36,023 nt of DNA. Origin: Octopus bimaculoides. Its lineage: Eukaryota. Shown piece by piece: positions 33,760-36,023 of the stretch (position 1 is the first letter of the stretch; each line of letters begins with the position of its first letter). The notes under the pieces were generated by a model. That model had not been told where the DNA came from and did not search any database. It saw nothing but the letters and a program-made list of their open reading frames with translations. The translations under genes were made by a program, and so were the position numbers. The stretch is from NCBI RefSeq assembly GCF_001194135.2, contig NC_068988.1, positions 34,911,645 to 34,947,667 on the forward strand, read 5' to 3'.

Positions 33760-34085
33760 ATATTTGTTCCAGTCGTTGGACTGTGGCATTGCTACAGTGC
33801 CTTTAAGTGTTTATGCAGTAGTTATTTTTAGACAGCTGTTTATTGTATATTTCTCATTTTGCCAAACTGCTTAATTACAGGGATGTAACAAAATTAACAA
33901 TAATTGCTAAGTGGTGAAAGACGCACACACACACAGTAAGATTCCATTCAATTTCTATCTACCAAATTCAGTCACAAGTAATTAATTGACTTTAGTAGAA
34001 GATATTTACTCAAGGCGCTACACAGTGGAATGGAACTCAAAGCAATATGAATGCTAAATGAGCCTCTGAACCACACAGCTATATC
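33760..34085 (-). mobile_element. SINE family A, decayed full copy
   Basis: ttttgccaaactgc...ctatctaccaaattcagtcacaag...agtagaagatatttactcaaggcgctacacagtgg...aaccacacagct. Confidence 0.72.
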
Positions 34086-34616
34086 TGTATCTGTGATCCA
34101 ACTGTTTTATTTTATTTTATTTTATTTTTATTTTTTTGTCCTTTTTTAGTTAGACACACCACTCAGCTTGCTCAGTTTGAATACTGAATTCCTTACTGTT
34201 TATTAAATGGGGACCATATGTTTTAAGCCTTACATCTAAGGACCAAATGTGTTTTAATAATGTCTGCATAGTCTTGGCTAGTCCCCGCTAATGACATGAA
34301 GCAGTAGACATCATATGTCTGTAGCAAGTGTGCAAGTGCTGTTGTCACTCTTTAAGGATTTCATTGGCTACATCTGGGTTATACATATATTCTCATTTGG
34401 TATGATGATGGGAGGGATGTAGCACTGTAGGAATTGTTTGAACAACCACAACAGTAGCGAAACTTTTATCCACCATCCCAGTCAAGTTCCCTGCCTCACA
34501 ACTGCCCTCCATCCTTGGTCATTGCTGAGGCTGCTAGATTCAATGATCTGTTTTTAGAAACAACATGAGAATATAGCTCTAATATGATAATGCATTGCAG
34601 AAGTGCTAACTACTGA

Positions 34617-34675
34617 TACTACTACTACTACTACTACTACTACTGCTGCTGCTACTACTACTACTACTACTACTG
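34617..34675. repeat. (ACT/GCT)n microsatellite
   Basis: Directly visible. Confidence 0.93.
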
Positions 34676-34899
34676 GTCCATTGGTAGCAGCTGCAGTAGC
34701 GGTAGGGTGTGGTTATATCAGTGGTGTTTAGGTTGTTTTACATTGGTGTTTCTTAGGTTTGCAAATTTTAATGAGTTCACACTTTGTAGGGTGTATATAC
34801 TCATGCATGCAGATTCTCACGTCCATATATATAAGTATTTAACCGTACTGATACTCTGTGTATGTGTGTGTGTGTGTACTTTTAAACACTCTCTGTCTG

Positions 34900-34931
<32 letters not shown>

Positions 34932-35084
34932 GTGTGTATTGGTTTATGTTGGCTGAATGGGATTGCAATGATGTGAAACACAAGTCACAAGATAAACTCT
35001 CAGTTTCAGCAAAACACTTATATATGTGTGTGTGTGTGTAGAGTATGGAACTATAAATAGAATAGAAATAGTAATTGTTTCTAG

Positions 35085-35425
35085 CTTAGGCACAAGGCTA
35101 GGAATTTTGTACTTTATTTATGATTAATACTTTATTTTATCAACCCCAGAGAGATGAAATGAAAAATTTATCTTCGCAGAATCTGAGCTCACGGATGTAA
35201 GGAGATGACACTAAATATTGATTTCAAATTTTGGCACAAGGTCAGTAATTTCGGGGGGAGGAATTAAATCAATTACATTGACACCAGTATTCAACTGATA
35301 CTTATCTTATAAACCCTGAAAGGATGAAAGGTAAAGTCGAGCTCAGTGAAACTCAGAACCTGAAGACAGACGAAATGTCACTAAGCATTCTGCCTGGCAT
35401 GCTAACAATTCTGCCATCTTGCTCC
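35085..35425 (-). mobile_element. Two head-to-tail SINE family B copies
   Basis: ggcacaaggctaggaattt (35088) and tttcaaattttggcacaaggtcagtaattt (35222), each followed by cccc/ccctga(g/a)ag.atgaaa; the head end is gctaacaattctgccatcttgc. Confidence 0.78.
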
Positions 35426-35743
35426 CTTGATGTCACTAAATATTGCATGTGATTATGTCCTCCATGCTACTGATTCTGCCAATCCACTGTAGTATCATTC
35501 ATAAGGGGTTGATTTGGACTATATAGATAAATGAAAATATATTACTGATTTTGTTGATTTTTGTATATTATAAAGAACAACTGACTGTAGATGAGTTTGA
35601 ACTCAGCATGGTAAGGAGTAAGCAAGTACCTATCTATTGTACAGGAAATAGCAAAGGAAAACAAAAGTGGTGGATCTCCACCATTTACTGAAGTTCTTGA
35701 ATTTCAATAAGCTTTGTTATGCCATGGGATGAGATGTTACTAC

Positions 35744-35817
35744 TGTATATATATGTGTATGTATATATGTGTATGTATATGTATATATATGTATGTATAT
35801 ATATATATATATATATA
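35744..35817. repeat. (TA/TG)n microsatellite, host site of the family D insertion
   Basis: Directly visible; continues at 36002-36023. Confidence 0.92.
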
Positions 35818-36001
35818 TCATCATCATCATCATCATCGTTTAGCGTCCGCTTTCCATGCTAGCATGGGTTGGACGATTTGACTGAGGACTGGTGAAACCG
35901 GATGGCAACACCAGGCTCCAATCTAATTTGGCAGAGTTTCTACAGCTGGATGCCCTTCCTAACGCCAACCACTCAGAGAGTGTAGTGGGTGCTTTTACGT
36001 G
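35818..36001 (-). mobile_element. Family D short retroposon, young copy
   Basis: Reverse complement of 8962-9146 at 156/167 identity; flanked on both sides by (TA)n. Confidence 0.9.
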
Positions 36002-36023
36002 ATATATATATATATATGTGTAT

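Overview
AT-rich eukaryotic intronic or intergenic DNA from a short-read scaffold (N gaps at 22938-22947 and 23783-24143). The repeat landscape is what I recognise as Octopus (coleoid cephalopod); that assignment is from recall of the repeat motifs, not a search. The window contains: (i) a stop-free, 5'-truncated RTE-clade LINE ORF2 fragment at the left edge; (ii) several old fragments of a CR1-group LINE; (iii) many copies of four short retroposon families, labelled here A (tRNA-headed, about 390 bp), B (tRNA-headed, (ATT/ATC)n tail), C ((CAA)n tail) and D (stem-loop plus (GAT)n tail, RTE-like); (iv) a TTAA-ended MITE; (v) abundant microsatellites and decayed trinucleotide tracts, which explain most of the supplied ORF track. 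I cannot identify a host gene: only short exon-like segments with plausible splice signals and no recognisable protein family. No rRNA, true tRNA, recognisable miRNA or CRISPR array was found, and I see no convincing new biological system. The best leads are repeat-architecture observations: self-tail SINE arrays, inverted SINE pairs as possible ADAR or circRNA substrates, microsatellite-targeted insertion and nested insertions. Boundaries of decayed repeats are approximate (about 10-20 bp).
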